A DNA stretch of 64,000 nucleotides from a virus (IMGVR_UViG_2846856033_000001:1-64000); one strand, 5' to 3'. Numbered from the stretch's first letter, positions 17,751 to 29,247 are shown. Numbers and translations are program-made. The notes: a model not told the origin generated them from the sequence alone.

Positions 17751-17940
17751 AAACTTCGGTAAATACCAATATACCTTCTACGGCCCAGCGGAAACCGAGT
17801 CGCAGGCCGATGGCTTCGTAGAGTCTCTCCGACAAAAGGGGTTCGCTGCCCGATGGACCAAGGCGAGTATCTACCCAGGCCATTACATCTACCAAATCTG
17901 GCAAAAAGACAAAAAGCATACGGGTAAAAGTGGTGCATAG
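17737..17940 (+). CDS. Small hypothetical protein
   Basis: Overlaps the LPD29 stop; co-oriented. Confidence 0.5.
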   Translation: MVISKNFGKYQYTFYGPAETESQADGFVESLRQKGFAARWTKASIYPGHYIYQIWQKDKKHTGKSGA

Positions 17941-18364
17941 AAAAACCTCTCACAATCCTTTCGTGGTTCGCTCGACATATGCCTTTACCGATATGTTTGG
18001 CGAGACTCCAAAATTACACTGGCGAATAAACCCGATAGATCCGGACACGTTGAAGATCTTGCCTCTTGTAGACGACCAGTTCGAAACCCTGTAAGAGTTC
18101 AAATACTGGCTGGAGGATAACTAATGACTTATGAATTGCGTGTCCATCTTGGCGGCAGTTGCCGAAAAGTGGAAAAACAAAAAAAGGCTTTTAAAGATGC
18201 TGGTATCCCACTCTGGCCGCGACCATGGACCGAAGGGGCATTATACCAATATCAGTGCAAGGATTCCTGATACCCCGGAAGCCAGGGAACTATTAAAGAA
18301 GGTCGGCGCTACTGTCTGCCGCGACCATGGTTTTAGAGAATCAAAAATGAAGAGGATGTTATAA
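17933..18364 (+). pseudogene. Two small disrupted genes
   Basis: 17933-18124 has an in-frame TAA at 18092 but the frame continues to a TAATG junction; ATG 18124 (GGAGG RBS) reads MTYELRVHLGG... and needs a 1-nt shift near 18207 to join SGRDHGPKGHY...KRML. Confidence 0.4.
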
Positions 18365-18480
18365 ATAGTCGGCATGACTAAGTATTAGCTTGGACTCAAC
18401 TGCATTGGTGTCTAAAGATAAGATAACAAGGAGGCAGGAAAGACTTTTTCATCTTAAGGAGCTATCCGTTTTTGTTTGCT

Positions 18481-21400
18481 TTAATCTAACCCTTCCAGAA
18501 CGCGCCAAACCTTGCGGTAGACCTCTCCTTGGCGTTGACCAAGGGCTTGGCTCCATACTCCAGCATCTAGAGTACGTAACCTTACCCTAACGCTAGGCAA
18601 TGACTCGTTAATAATACTACCCATGGAAGTAGCAAGTGATGTTGCCGCAGTCCTCGGGACGCCCAATAATCGGAGGGTAATTGCGGCATCGTCATTAACG
18701 CCGTAATATACACGCGAGGGAAGATTATTTAAGATCTTGAGTTGTTCTTCGGACAAACCAGATCCTGTAATTGATAATAAAGCTCCTAACCCCCATGCTG
18801 CTGTCTGCGTCAACTTGCCGAAAAGGTTTTGGCCGCACTTTGTCATTGCCTTTGTGATATCATTATCTGCGTCCATAAAATAACGACTGGCTATCTCTGA
18901 AACGGGGACGCCATTTACCCAGTCTTTCACAATCAAAGCTAGTTTTCTCCCATCCGGCGACGTTCCTCCAGTAGCTGCTTTAAGGTTTTCGCGCAATTCG
19001 GGAACTCTTAACAGGACGCCCATCATTCGTTGCAAATCTGGACTATTGTGTTGGAATAGCGACTCTGAATTCCATGATTCTGCCCGGATTCCCTGATCAT
19101 CTACCTGACTGAGGACAGATCGTATGCTTTGCAAGGAGAAACCGGTACTATCAACAAGCTTAAGAGGTTGGCCCGGTTCTTCAAGGTATTGTGTATAGCT
19201 ACGAATTCCGTCTAGCAAGCGATTTGCCAATGTTGAATTTTGGCTTCGTAACTTCTCGAAGCCAAGTGTACCGCGGAGGATTTGTTCGATTTTATCTGCA
19301 AAGTCTTCCGGTTTACCCATTTGGCGATAAGTGTGAGCCAAATACTGCACGAAACAAGACCATTCGGGATACTTATAAACAATCCCTCCGAGGTCGCTGA
19401 GCATTTCTTGGGCTTCCGTTGCAAGTAGGACAAGAGCAGAATTAAGGTCTCCTGCCTGCTTGTTGATAAACTGACGAAGGGTTACAGCCTTATCTCTGGT
19501 TTCCGCCACCAAAGCTACAATTCCTAGACTTCCTTGTCCAATTCTTCCAGCCCGCCCTGCAATGTTCCAGAAGTCTTCAGGGGGCATATCTTCGGGTCCC
19601 TGTTCGCTAGGGTATTGATGCGAAGCCATCACTACCCCTGTAACAGGGAAATTCACCCCTTGTGCGATAGTGGTAGTTGCTACGAGAAACCTTAGCTCCT
19701 TCTCTTCAAATAACCACTCCATGAGTGCTCGAACATCGTCTGATAGCCCCGCGTGATGTACACCTACACCGTAGGAAAGGAGGTCTATCAATGGGAAATC
19801 CGTTCCAAACTCTAACTCTAAAAACTGCTTAACAAGAGCGATTCTATCAGTTGAAATAGTCGCCTTGTTAGCATCGATTCGGAACTTATCTGCTAAATTC
19901 CATACCCAGTCGGGTCGAGTGTGCATTACAATTACCGGCCCTCTTTTCTGCAAATGCTGTGCAGTGACGGCCGCCAATGCACTTTGGTTGGACACCTTTG
20001 TGTATGTTGCTGCTATATTTACATTCTTCGAGAGAGTCAACAAATCATCGTTAACAAGGGTATTCCGTGTGGTATGTATAGTTTCCATATGTAGCTCATA
20101 GTCGAAACTGTGATGATTTAATGCAGTTCCTCGTTCTGCCTGCACGATTCCAATGATTCGGTCATTGGGCTGCCAATCAAGTGCCAAACTAATATCATCG
20201 GAATTCTGGCCTCCAAGCCAACGGGCGATTTCACGTGCGTTGTTGATAAATGGGGTCAACAACAAGAACTGAGCCCGTTGACACTCGTTGTTGATCGTCG
20301 CAAGCAACAATTCTAGCTTTAGTCCCCTTCGAGGTGCCTGAATATTATGGGCTTCATCCACAATAACAAGCGTCAACGGACGGCCAATCTCTGCCTCACA
20401 CCCTTTCCGAAGCATCAAATCCAATTTTTCTGGTGTGGTGACCAGTATACGGAATTCCTGAGCAGGGTCCTTCTGGTTTAACAATCCCGTTTCAATACTA
20501 TCAATTTCCAAAGCCGGACTTACTTGTTCAACCGTGATTTTTAAAGGCTCAAAATCTCTCCGTAGTTGTCGCGCGACTTGATTCACTAGAGTTCGGGTTG
20601 GTGCTAAATAGGCTACCCAACCTCGTTCATGCTCAAACTGATTCAGAGCTTGAAGAATCCGGAATTGTGCTATAAGAGTCTTGCCACTCGATGTTGGCAA
20701 GCTTACCACAACCGCTCGACGGCTGGAACCGAGCAAACCCTTTTCAACAAGAGCTCGTCGTTGTGGGGGTAATACATCAAAGATGGCGTGTTCACCACGT
20801 CCCCTAGCAACAATGGTTTTGACAAATTCTGTCACACGTGAGTTAACTGATCGAGTGACCGTCCATATTGAATTATCTGCCATCTGCGATGAACACGCAG
20901 AAAGAAGCCTAGCTAATGATTCTAAGTCTAGTAGCTGGGCTTGCTCGCAAACAGCAGTGACCCTATCGAAATGCATCTCAAGCATTTGGTGGATCTGGTA
21001 ATTCCCATCCACGACGCCATCAGTAATGTAATAGGCAAATACCTCAGCAGCCTTGGCCAGGTGGTAAAGACCAATAAGTTCAAGAGCAGAAGCCTTAGAG
21101 TGAATGGACTCCTGTTGATTCAGATACTTCTTTTCGAAGGTTGCCTGTGAATTGCGCAATGCTGAAATTCGCTCCAGTATAGCATCACGGTCTGTCCACC
21201 CGTTCTTTCGAATTAACCTAAGCCAAATATCAAGAATGGTAGCCCAAGTACGTTTGCTCCAATCTTCAGACGAAAATGGAAGTTCGGGCCATTCTTCTTC
21301 ACGAAGCCATCTTGCCGCATCTGATCCTTTATCACCCAACACTGCAAGCACTCCGGCACGCAATAAAAACTTGGCGGTTTCGATGGGATCTTCTGGGCGA

Positions 21401-21654
21401 GGTAGAACCCGAAAAAGTTTAAACGCATCAGCAGCGCTTGTTCGCAGTTCATTTTTTATATTTTCGTCGTCTACGTTTCCTTCCAGAATCAGATCAAGTA
21501 TAGCCATCTCCAATACTTCAGCAGAGCGCCGAATTATATCGAAGTCTTGGGTGAGATGAACAGCCTTGAATTCCCGCTGGATCTGCAAACAGCTCGCTTG
21601 TTTAAGAGCCTCATCCCTAGTACCGCCCAATTTAGCTAATAGCCAATGACTCAT
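18481..21654 (-). CDS. hamB: Ski2-like DEAD/DEAH helicase, HamB-like
   Basis: LPTSSGKT, TTPEKLD, DEAH, HHAGL, ATTTIAQGVN, AGRAGR; long helical N-terminus; overlaps the upstream nuclease gene. Confidence 0.8.
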   Translation of the reverse strand: MSHWLLAKLGGTRDEALKQASCLQIQREFKAVHLTQDFDIIRRSAEVLEMAILDLILEGNVDDENIKNELRTSAADAFKLFRVLPRPEDPIETAKFLLRAGVLAVLGDKGSDAARWLREEEWPELPFSSEDWSKRTWATILDIWLRLIRKNGWTDRDAILERISALRNSQATFEKKYLNQQESIHSKASALELIGLYHLAKAAEVFAYYITDGVVDGNYQIHQMLEMHFDRVTAVCEQAQLLDLESLARLLSACSSQMADNSIWTVTRSVNSRVTEFVKTIVARGRGEHAIFDVLPPQRRALVEKGLLGSSRRAVVVSLPTSSGKTLIAQFRILQALNQFEHERGWVAYLAPTRTLVNQVARQLRRDFEPLKITVEQVSPALEIDSIETGLLNQKDPAQEFRILVTTPEKLDLMLRKGCEAEIGRPLTLVIVDEAHNIQAPRRGLKLELLLATINNECQRAQFLLLTPFINNAREIARWLGGQNSDDISLALDWQPNDRIIGIVQAERGTALNHHSFDYELHMETIHTTRNTLVNDDLLTLSKNVNIAATYTKVSNQSALAAVTAQHLQKRGPVIVMHTRPDWVWNLADKFRIDANKATISTDRIALVKQFLELEFGTDFPLIDLLSYGVGVHHAGLSDDVRALMEWLFEEKELRFLVATTTIAQGVNFPVTGVVMASHQYPSEQGPEDMPPEDFWNIAGRAGRIGQGSLGIVALVAETRDKAVTLRQFINKQAGDLNSALVLLATEAQEMLSDLGGIVYKYPEWSCFVQYLAHTYRQMGKPEDFADKIEQILRGTLGFEKLRSQNSTLANRLLDGIRSYTQYLEEPGQPLKLVDSTGFSLQSIRSVLSQVDDQGIRAESWNSESLFQHNSPDLQRMMGVLLRVPELRENLKAATGGTSPDGRKLALIVKDWVNGVPVSEIASRYFMDADNDITKAMTKCGQNLFGKLTQTAAWGLGALLSITGSGLSEEQLKILNNLPSRVYYGVNDDAAITLRLLGVPRTAATSLATSMGSIINESLPSVRVRLRTLDAGVWSQALGQRQGEVYRKVWRVLEGLD

Positions 21655-22445
21655 GATCCACCTGCCGAAAAGAGCGACGGAAGATCTGCGATATTACAGG
21701 GAAGATACATTGCGACTAACTGACAAGTAGCGGGAGCCTGAAGTGTATTAGCGAGAAATTGACCTCTAGTTTTTAGGTCCAACTCATGCGGTTGGGTATC
21801 GCGTACTAATACGCCAAATAGAGAGACGGCCTTGTTACCAGATTCAAGTAATAGCGTGATCGCCGTATTAAATAATGACTCGTTATCGGTGCCTTTGCAA
21901 CGAGGTAATAGCCACTTAAGGAGCTGATTAATCAATCCGAGGTTGCTTGCCAGATTATCGATTTGATGAATCATCCCCCCTCTCCCATTCATAACATTGG
22001 GCGGAGTATTGGTATCACTTGATGTCTTTACTTCGCCAAGGGCCAGACGAATCAGATTGTTATTAATCTCGAAGCCAATAAGATCAGCTCCCGGAAGGCT
22101 TGCATTGGGCGTCCTTTTATCTCGTTCCATGTTCCAAGGCCAGGTAATCCCATATTCCATTTCCAGATAGGCCTCAGCGATGGCTTCCCCAATAGCCCAT
22201 GCCCTCTCTTCGGGAACTTCTGCGGTTAAAATTGCATTAAGGCTATCTCGCGCGAAACCGGTGGTTGCAAGCCCGCGCAGACAAGTCTCGAATTCATGCA
22301 CACCTTCTTCGTCGTGGAGGCGAGATGCTACTGCATTGCTAAGGAATGATTGGTATATGTCACCATCGATCACACTTACGCCGCACCAAGTGGTTTGCCG
22401 GTCACTGTTCGTATAGCTTATATTTGCAAAGTCTGCCTTTGTCAT
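21651..22445 (-). CDS. hamA: PD-(D/E)xK nuclease, HamA/DUF1837-like
   Basis: GEAIAE...GADLIG...GEVKT; 4-nt overlap with the helicase. Confidence 0.65.
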   Translation of the reverse strand: MTKADFANISYTNSDRQTTWCGVSVIDGDIYQSFLSNAVASRLHDEEGVHEFETCLRGLATTGFARDSLNAILTAEVPEERAWAIGEAIAEAYLEMEYGITWPWNMERDKRTPNASLPGADLIGFEINNNLIRLALGEVKTSSDTNTPPNVMNGRGGMIHQIDNLASNLGLINQLLKWLLPRCKGTDNESLFNTAITLLLESGNKAVSLFGVLVRDTQPHELDLKTRGQFLANTLQAPATCQLVAMYLPCNIADLPSLFSAGGS

Positions 22446-22580
22446 ACTTCGCTCATTATAACTACGTATTCGACTTCAAGCAATTAAATCTTTTCCATAA
22501 ACAAAACGCCCTTCTGTTAAAACAGCAACCCAAATCTGTGCAGAGCATGTTTCTCACGCTGATGATGAGAAAACCTATAA

Positions 22581-24617
22581 TTAGCTTTCATTTACCAGTG
22601 CCTGTTTTATTACTTCTTGCACTTCTGTGATGGGCGTTATTTTTATTTTATCCAGGATATAAGCAGGTAAACTCTCAGCTTCTTTCAGGTTATCAGCCGG
22701 CAACAGGACTTCTTTAACGCCGGAATCATAAGCAGCCCGAATCTTCTGTTGTATTCCGCCTACCGGTAAAACTTTACCCATGATGGTAATCTCGCCAGTC
22801 ATAGCCAGATCATTCCTAACGGGTATTCCTTTCAATGCGGAGACAATCCCGGTAACCAAGGCTATGCCGGCAGAAGGTCCTTCTTTGGGGATGCCCATAT
22901 AGGTCGCCAGGATCGCTACATCGAAGTTGTCCCGCCATTCGGCAGTAATACCTAAATCCTCATGTTTGGCGCGAATAAATTGAGCAGCGGCTTCTATGCT
23001 TTCCCGCATCACTCTCTGGATAGAACCCAGTGGCACAATACGCCCGCTGCCTTTGGTTGCTTGCATCTCAAAGTGCAGAATGCAGCCATGGTCGCCTTCT
23101 ACAGCCAGACCGATAACCTCTCCTACAGACGGTTTAGCAGGGAGTGAAACTCTTTGAACGCGTTCTGAATCAGGTAATGAGGGGCTGAAGGTTTTATTAG
23201 AAGCTACTATTTTGGCTCCAAGTTTAACCCTTTCATATTCTCCGGGAGCCATTAGATGCAACTGTTCTCTCACCCGTTGTCTCATTTCACATGAAATGAG
23301 AAGCAGCTCTTCTAATTCTTCATCTTTTACCTTTCCGTCAGGATAGAGTAGCTTCAATAGACCGGAGGTAGTCTTAATAATGGCTCTTTGATCTCGCCCG
23401 GATAGGCCTTGAGAAGAATGAGAAAGATCCAGTAACTCAAAACGACTGCGGATATCGCTCAATAAATCCTTTTTACGGAGCTCATGCATTATTTCACAGA
23501 AGTAGTCTGTAATGAAACCATAGTCTTTAGCGTAACTTCCCGGAGTCAATTTAGGTATTAGCCAGCCAGGAAGATAGGCATGAATTCTGTCAAGAAAGGC
23601 AATAACCTGCATATAGTCCGGAAGTGGTTCAAATAGATGATAATATTTCTCATGCGGCAGATTGCTCTGGACATCCAGATTGCCGACAAAGACCAGACTG
23701 GCAAACGCCAGGATTTCCTTCTTACCACGGCTGAATCTGGCATCTTGCATATATCCCTGCATGATACTCACTAATGACTTGGGATCGGTGAAGTCAGTGT
23801 TGGCAATTTCATCAAGGACCACTGCATCCCGGGTCCCCACTTCACCAATTTTGCCCGTATTTAAATTGATGAAGAGTTGAGACGGAGTAGCTTTGCCTCC
23901 GGAAAGGACATGAGCATAGTAGGAGACATTTCGGTATAAATAAGTTTTACCGGTTTCCCTGGGTCCAAGCTCAATCAAATTTACATTGGTCTCAACCAGC
24001 GGAATACAGCGGCAAATATATAATAGTTTCTGCTGTCGGTTCATGGTTTGCGGGTTTAGTCCAAGGGAATTTATCAATATGTCAATCCACTCATCGGTGG
24101 TAAATTCGTGGCGTTTATCAATATATTCATCCAAATTTATTACACTGACTTGAAAGGGGGTAAATTCCGTTATCTTGAAGGGTCGGATCTTCTTGTTATG
24201 TACCTCGGTTTCGTCGTAGGTTAGTTCAATAGTTCCCCACATTCCGCCGGAAAGCAGCATGGGATATTGCCGCACGATGGTTTCAGGGATGTTAACGAAG
24301 CTCTCGTTGATAGCTGAGATGGTAGCCCAGTACTTGTCTTCGGTTTCCACTAGTCGGGTTTCAAGGTTGGCGATTATGGAATGATGGCGATTCTCCCGTA
24401 TAAAATGGCGGATTTTTTCAGCTTCAGCTCCATAAACAAATGAAGATTTGAGTCTCTGCACAACCTTGCTCATATCCGCTTGAAAGGTCTCTTCCGAACA
24501 ATAATTGTCAATCAAGTATTCAAGCACATAGCGCGGGAATTCATCTACCCCGGTGTTAATGGTATGGGCTTTATTAACTATTTTCCCGCGGAATATCTCT
24601 CTCAATTTTGAATTCAT
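22581..24617 (-). CDS. brxL: BREX Lon-like protease BrxL
   Basis: [37 protein letters not shown]; Lon C-terminal KEGPSAG...TGE...PVGGIQQK. Confidence 0.9.
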   Translation of the reverse strand: MNSKLREIFRGKIVNKAHTINTGVDEFPRYVLEYLIDNYCSEETFQADMSKVVQRLKSSFVYGAEAEKIRHFIRENRHHSIIANLETRLVETEDKYWATISAINESFVNIPETIVRQYPMLLSGGMWGTIELTYDETEVHNKKIRPFKITEFTPFQVSVINLDEYIDKRHEFTTDEWIDILINSLGLNPQTMNRQQKLLYICRCIPLVETNVNLIELGPRETGKTYLYRNVSYYAHVLSGGKATPSQLFINLNTGKIGEVGTRDAVVLDEIANTDFTDPKSLVSIMQGYMQDARFSRGKKEILAFASLVFVGNLDVQSNLPHEKYYHLFEPLPDYMQVIAFLDRIHAYLPGWLIPKLTPGSYAKDYGFITDYFCEIMHELRKKDLLSDIRSRFELLDLSHSSQGLSGRDQRAIIKTTSGLLKLLYPDGKVKDEELEELLLISCEMRQRVREQLHLMAPGEYERVKLGAKIVASNKTFSPSLPDSERVQRVSLPAKPSVGEVIGLAVEGDHGCILHFEMQATKGSGRIVPLGSIQRVMRESIEAAAQFIRAKHEDLGITAEWRDNFDVAILATYMGIPKEGPSAGIALVTGIVSALKGIPVRNDLAMTGEITIMGKVLPVGGIQQKIRAAYDSGVKEVLLPADNLKEAESLPAYILDKIKITPITEVQEVIKQALVNES

Positions 24618-24671
24618 ATTGCACTCTATTCCTTTTTAACGTGGATCGGGTCTTGTTAACTTTTTCCTATA

Positions 24672-26033
24672 TTACCTCATATTTTTGGGTGTTAACCCCA
24701 GAATACTACCCAAATGCGGGGGGACACGGCGTACAACCTTTTCAGAATTCAGCCGTATTTTGAGAATGTATCGCTGTGATTTTCGGAACAATTGCTGACC
24801 ATCCCTGAAGCTAACTATTACTGTGTAGGATTGTTCCACAATACCAGTTTTACGCTCATCCTCTGGCGCATCAATAGTATCTGGGCGAAAACGGTAAACA
24901 AACTCCTTTTCTCCAACAGGTACGAATAGTACCTGTTTTGTTAATCTGTGTTGTTCCAATTTGTCACTACTTACTTCTAAATCTACTCTTAAATCTTCAA
25001 CTTTCGACTTATTCAATTTACTGCGAATAAGCCGCAATTTCATCTCCACCTCTTGACCTTCCATGATTTCAACCGGACCACTAATGGACTTAAAATTTAA
25101 GATCCCTTCTGCTTGATCCTTGATGCGAAGAGCAACCATAGGTATCATGAGTTCTTGAATTGAAATACCTCCATGCGTGTAAGCATCGGGATTAAAATTA
25201 GATCCCTGTCGACTGAAACTATAACCTACTTTAGGGAAGACAATAGTCTCAAAGTGTTTGTGATAAATTTGTCCTTTAAAATCTTCTCGTGTTTCCTCGG
25301 TAGGCATCCGAAGTTGTTTCGGAGTAAAAAATATCATATTTTCTCGGACTTTCAATGGTAAATCTGCAACACCAGCTGGGACTTTGAGAAGGCAGTAAAG
25401 ATAGCTGCAGTCTAATTTATCATTAAGGTCATTTTCATTAAACCAAAGTGGATTGCGACCGACGTGGCAAAAACCATGGTCCGCTGTGATGAATACCTTG
25501 GTTCCTGGTGTAAGTTTCCGGATTATCGCCATAACCTCTGTATCAATAATGTTTTTAATATGCTGTTGATAAACAAAAGCCAAGGGACGTGAAGGTACTT
25601 GACGGCCATTAGGAAGTGACTTCGATTGAATTTTATGCAATTCTTTATCGCACAATTCAAAGATAAAAACGTCCAAATTCCCTGCACGATAATGTACTAC
25701 TTCACCTGTGCCAGTACCATCAGGAGCAATAACATCTACCTCACCAGCATATCCAAATTCCCGTGCAAGGCCTTCCTTCAATAATTTATCTTCACCTTTT
25801 CTTGAATCAAAGCTGTCCGGGAATGTGCCTGCACTTAAAGCTTTGCGTGTAATATGTGTTTCGGATGGAAGGAGGGAAGAGGCTGGTAAATCCGCCAGCA
25901 TTTCCATATTTTCTTCAAATAATGGTTTGATAAACTCATCCCAAATAGCCTCTTCTGTTTGAGCACTAGCATCTCCAGATAGGAATGACTTACGCAATCT
26001 TTCGCGATGTCCGGCGTTGTTATTTTCAAGCAT
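24672..26033 (-). pseudogene. pglZ: PglZ C-terminal (alkaline-phosphatase-like) half fused in frame to a RadC-like 29-aa N-terminus
   Basis: LLPSET..TR, ITADHGF, YTHGGISIQELMIP; starts MLENNNAGHRERLRKSFL; the first PglZ metal-binding Asp motif is missing. Confidence 0.7.
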
Positions 26034-26182
26034 TAAGTGGTCTCCATTGATAAGGTGTTCAAGGTAAATGTGACTTCTCAGAATAACCCTCTAGATTAGG
26101 CTAATTCTAAGACTTTTCTTAGCTTACTACAACAGATGATTTTGTTAATCTTGATTTTAGAGAATATTCAATCCGGATCATA

Positions 26183-28165
26183 CTACAATCTTTGATTGAC
26201 CATGTCTTGCCAACCTTCAAAAAGCATTACCATAGCTAGAGTGTCCAATTCGCAATATTTTAGGAGGGCGGACTTGATTTCCCGACGTTCGTATTCTGAC
26301 ATCTCCTCGAACTGCATCCTGGCGTAAGCTGCCAGAGCGGCGCCGCCCTCTTTCAATTCATCGTCCGAACTGAGCAACTCCAACTCTTTTTCGGGGATGT
26401 CCTGGAACATCTTGGGCAGTAATTTGTATGGATCCAATACATGATCATTTTCAAACCGGATCCAGGTCCAATCCTGGTAATTTAAACTCGGGATTCCGCC
26501 TTTTGCACCGTAAACAGGCTTAGAGTATTTTTCCTGCAAGTACTTTGAGCTGTTCAAAACGGCCGGCAACACGTACTTGATGGAGTTCGAGCCATTGGTG
26601 GCCGGGTTATAGTAATAACGCTTAACGAGTTCCAGCAGATCGATCATGCTACGCTCGCCTTCCCATTGCTCCTCGCTTTTGCTTGATGATTTGGTAATAG
26701 AGCGGATAAACCGGCATAGTTCCTCACGATCGGGGATATCGTTCTGATCGGAATTCAATTGCTGATAAATGAAGTTTAAGAAAGTATTCTCATGGGTGGC
26801 ATATCTGAAAATACTGCCCTGGTCAGATTCCAGTTCACTTTTTAAGCTCCTGACGAATTCATAGTTGGGGAAAAAACCGGGAGTGGTGTTCAGGTATTCA
26901 CCGTGATGCTCGATACAGCCGTCCTGATGAACCAGATGATGGGAGAACTGAAAGGCTATACCTTCATAGGGGTGCCGGCCTTTATTAAAAGGAATAGCCA
27001 CCATGGAAGTTTCAAAATCTATAAAATGGAGTGGATAAACCCATTTGGCCATTTCATACTTTAGGCCTGCAACATCGATATATTCTGAGTGATCATGGTC
27101 CTGGACTTTTTGCACCTGCAGCCATTGCCTCTGAGTGGGTGAAAGGCCGGGTTTGGTATCTTTTTTTACCACGATATCATCTTCAGTGAGATCTTCTATC
27201 TTAATACGGCCCTCGGCAAAACAGCGGTCCTTTTTGCGGTAGTTCCAGAGGTCCAGAACGGTAAGTTCTTCGCAATCGTCATCAGTCCAGTGTAAGGTCT
27301 CCCGCCAGCATTCCTTAAATCCGCTTTTTAGGCCGTCCTCGGCTTCTTCTTCAGTTGTTTTGAACTGGCATCCCGCACAGGCAGCGGATGGCTGAGAGAC
27401 AATTTTCTGGTCTTTTACATAGTGATCGGTTAGATAATCCAGATAATCGGTAAAATTGAAAGGTTGTGTTTCACTTCCGAACTGCTCCTGGTAAACCAGA
27501 TTGCTGCAGGAATCGATATTGACCTTGTTGAGGATCTTTATTGATAGGTCTTCCTGGGAAAGAGCCTGGGAAACCGAGACGGACTTGCGTCCGTCAGCGT
27601 CTTTAATTATCTTAAATTTCTGGTTCAAGCCGTCGGTGGGACAGAGTGTGGTCTTATCCGCCATCATCAGGTAAGCATTCACGTTATATCCCGGAAAAGC
27701 CTTCATGAGCACATGTTTTTGAAAAGCGACATCCGCCAGGTAAGGATGCCATTCTGACAGGATCGTTCCCTTTCTAGATATAAATTCATCCTCCGAATCA
27801 GAGTCCGATGATTTGGCTTTGACTTCTATCAGTTCGAAATTCTCTTGATTCTTGACCAGAATATCGATACGCACAAAAAACTGGTTGAAACGGATAGCAG
27901 CCTCGTATATGACCACTTTATCTTTTTTCAGCAGTTCGCTGGTCCGTTTGAGAGCTTCATCATAATCCAGTGTGTTGATATCATGCCCGCCCGGGAAGTA
28001 ACACTTGGCCAACTCACCGACCTGGAAACCGCCTTCGGCCAGGGACTGGAGGAATGAGTCTTCATCATTTCGATCGGGGTATTCCGGCTTGCCGTCATAA
28101 TATAGTTTAGTCGGGCATTCCAGGGCTAGTTTAAAGCGTGACTTGGTCAGGTATCTGGGCTTCAT
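26183..28165 (-). CDS. DUF2779-type protein (RecB/Cas4-like nuclease with RNase H-like domain)
   Basis: LTKSRFKLALECP, RIDILV...IEVKAK, CAGCQF...C, FIDFET, FQFS.H, SIKYVLP, LLKYCELDTLAM. Confidence 0.8.
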   Translation of the reverse strand: MKPRYLTKSRFKLALECPTKLYYDGKPEYPDRNDEDSFLQSLAEGGFQVGELAKCYFPGGHDINTLDYDEALKRTSELLKKDKVVIYEAAIRFNQFFVRIDILVKNQENFELIEVKAKSSDSDSEDEFISRKGTILSEWHPYLADVAFQKHVLMKAFPGYNVNAYLMMADKTTLCPTDGLNQKFKIIKDADGRKSVSVSQALSQEDLSIKILNKVNIDSCSNLVYQEQFGSETQPFNFTDYLDYLTDHYVKDQKIVSQPSAACAGCQFKTTEEEAEDGLKSGFKECWRETLHWTDDDCEELTVLDLWNYRKKDRCFAEGRIKIEDLTEDDIVVKKDTKPGLSPTQRQWLQVQKVQDHDHSEYIDVAGLKYEMAKWVYPLHFIDFETSMVAIPFNKGRHPYEGIAFQFSHHLVHQDGCIEHHGEYLNTTPGFFPNYEFVRSLKSELESDQGSIFRYATHENTFLNFIYQQLNSDQNDIPDREELCRFIRSITKSSSKSEEQWEGERSMIDLLELVKRYYYNPATNGSNSIKYVLPAVLNSSKYLQEKYSKPVYGAKGGIPSLNYQDWTWIRFENDHVLDPYKLLPKMFQDIPEKELELLSSDDELKEGGAALAAYARMQFEEMSEYERREIKSALLKYCELDTLAMVMLFEGWQDMVNQRL

Positions 28166-28209
28166 AACACTCTTCTCCAGTCTCCAGAATTTTTGCTTAT
28201 TATTTTGTT

Positions 28210-28242
28210 ATTGTAACAATTATTTTTGACAACCCTGTGTCG
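28210..28242 (-). promoter_or_regulatory. Putative WYL-dependent promoter of the defence operon
   Basis: Minus strand CGACA-N6-TGTCA-N11-TACAAT. Confidence 0.65.
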
Positions 28243-28248
28243 CAATGA

Positions 28249-29232
28249 TTATTTTCTTTGGTAAATCTTCTGTATCGCTTTGGCAGTCCTCAACGCATCG
28301 GCCCGCAACCCGCGGGGTTCCAGTACTTCCACGTTTTCTCCCCAGCCCATTATCCACGAAAATAGTTCTACTGTATCCATTATTTGCAGGGTCATAATGA
28401 CCGTACCATCTTTTTGCATCTTGATCTCCTGCGAAGGATGCCAGACCGTCTCGCTGATGATCCTTCCTATGATAGGAGTAAATTTTAGCCGGATTGTCTT
28501 AGTTTCACCTCCAACCACTACACCCCAAGCGGAACCCAAGTATTTATTGGCATCGAAATCGGATGGTACTAAATATGTATCCCCGGTTGACTGAATATTC
28601 TCGATGCGCTCAATTTTAAAAGTGCGAACTTCTTTTGCTCGGTGACAATAGGCGATGACATAGCTTGAATGTCCGGCAGCTGCCGGCTGGATGAAGTAAG
28701 GCTCGATAATGCGTTCTGCAGCTTTCTCGGATTCTAAAGATCGGTATGTAATTTTTACGCTGTGCAGGGAAGTCCAGGCTTCCGCCAGTTCTGTCAGGAC
28801 CTGCAATTGTTTCTCCTTCCTGGGGAGACTCTGCATCCAGTCAACCGTTCTTTGCACCTGTTCTCCTAACGGCTGTGGCAGTATAGAAGCTAACTTGCTG
28901 AAAGTAGCGTCCATATTTGGGTTATAGTGCTTGTCATAGCTAACCATCAACCGAGAGGCCAGGAATATATTCAGGGCTTCCGGTAAGGTGAAACGTACCG
29001 GCGGTAGCATCCGCTTCACATCCAGCTTCCAGCGCTTCTTGTCATCATAGATAGGCACCTTGAGGTCTTGGTCCAGTACCTCGAAGTCCCGGTATATCGT
29101 CCTGGAATCCACATCAAATTTTTCTGTCAGCTCTTTGATAGTATATCCGTTAGGGTTATTGTGGAGCATCACCCAGATTTTTATTACTCGCTCCGCTTTC
29201 TTCAACCGGTCTTGCACAAAAACCTCCCGCAA
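28249..29232 (-). CDS. HTH-WYL-WCX transcriptional regulator (PafB/C, BrxR-like)
   Basis: RTIYRD HTH; ERIIEPY...YVIAYCH....RTFKIERI WYL; WIMGWGENVEVLEP..LR WCX. Confidence 0.92.
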   Translation of the reverse strand: MREVFVQDRLKKAERVIKIWVMLHNNPNGYTIKELTEKFDVDSRTIYRDFEVLDQDLKVPIYDDKKRWKLDVKRMLPPVRFTLPEALNIFLASRLMVSYDKHYNPNMDATFSKLASILPQPLGEQVQRTVDWMQSLPRKEKQLQVLTELAEAWTSLHSVKITYRSLESEKAAERIIEPYFIQPAAAGHSSYVIAYCHRAKEVRTFKIERIENIQSTGDTYLVPSDFDANKYLGSAWGVVVGGETKTIRLKFTPIIGRIISETVWHPSQEIKMQKDGTVIMTLQIMDTVELFSWIMGWGENVEVLEPRGLRADALRTAKAIQKIYQRK

Positions 29233-29247
29233 GTAGATACTGGCTGC

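Noticed and set aside
18365-18480. att site or IS end between the small-gene block and the helicase
   Set aside because: Composition shifts here, but I found no direct or inverted repeat partner in the window
26183-28165. DUF2779 protein as a cas4 gene
   Set aside because: No cas1/cas2 and no repeat-spacer array seen in the window
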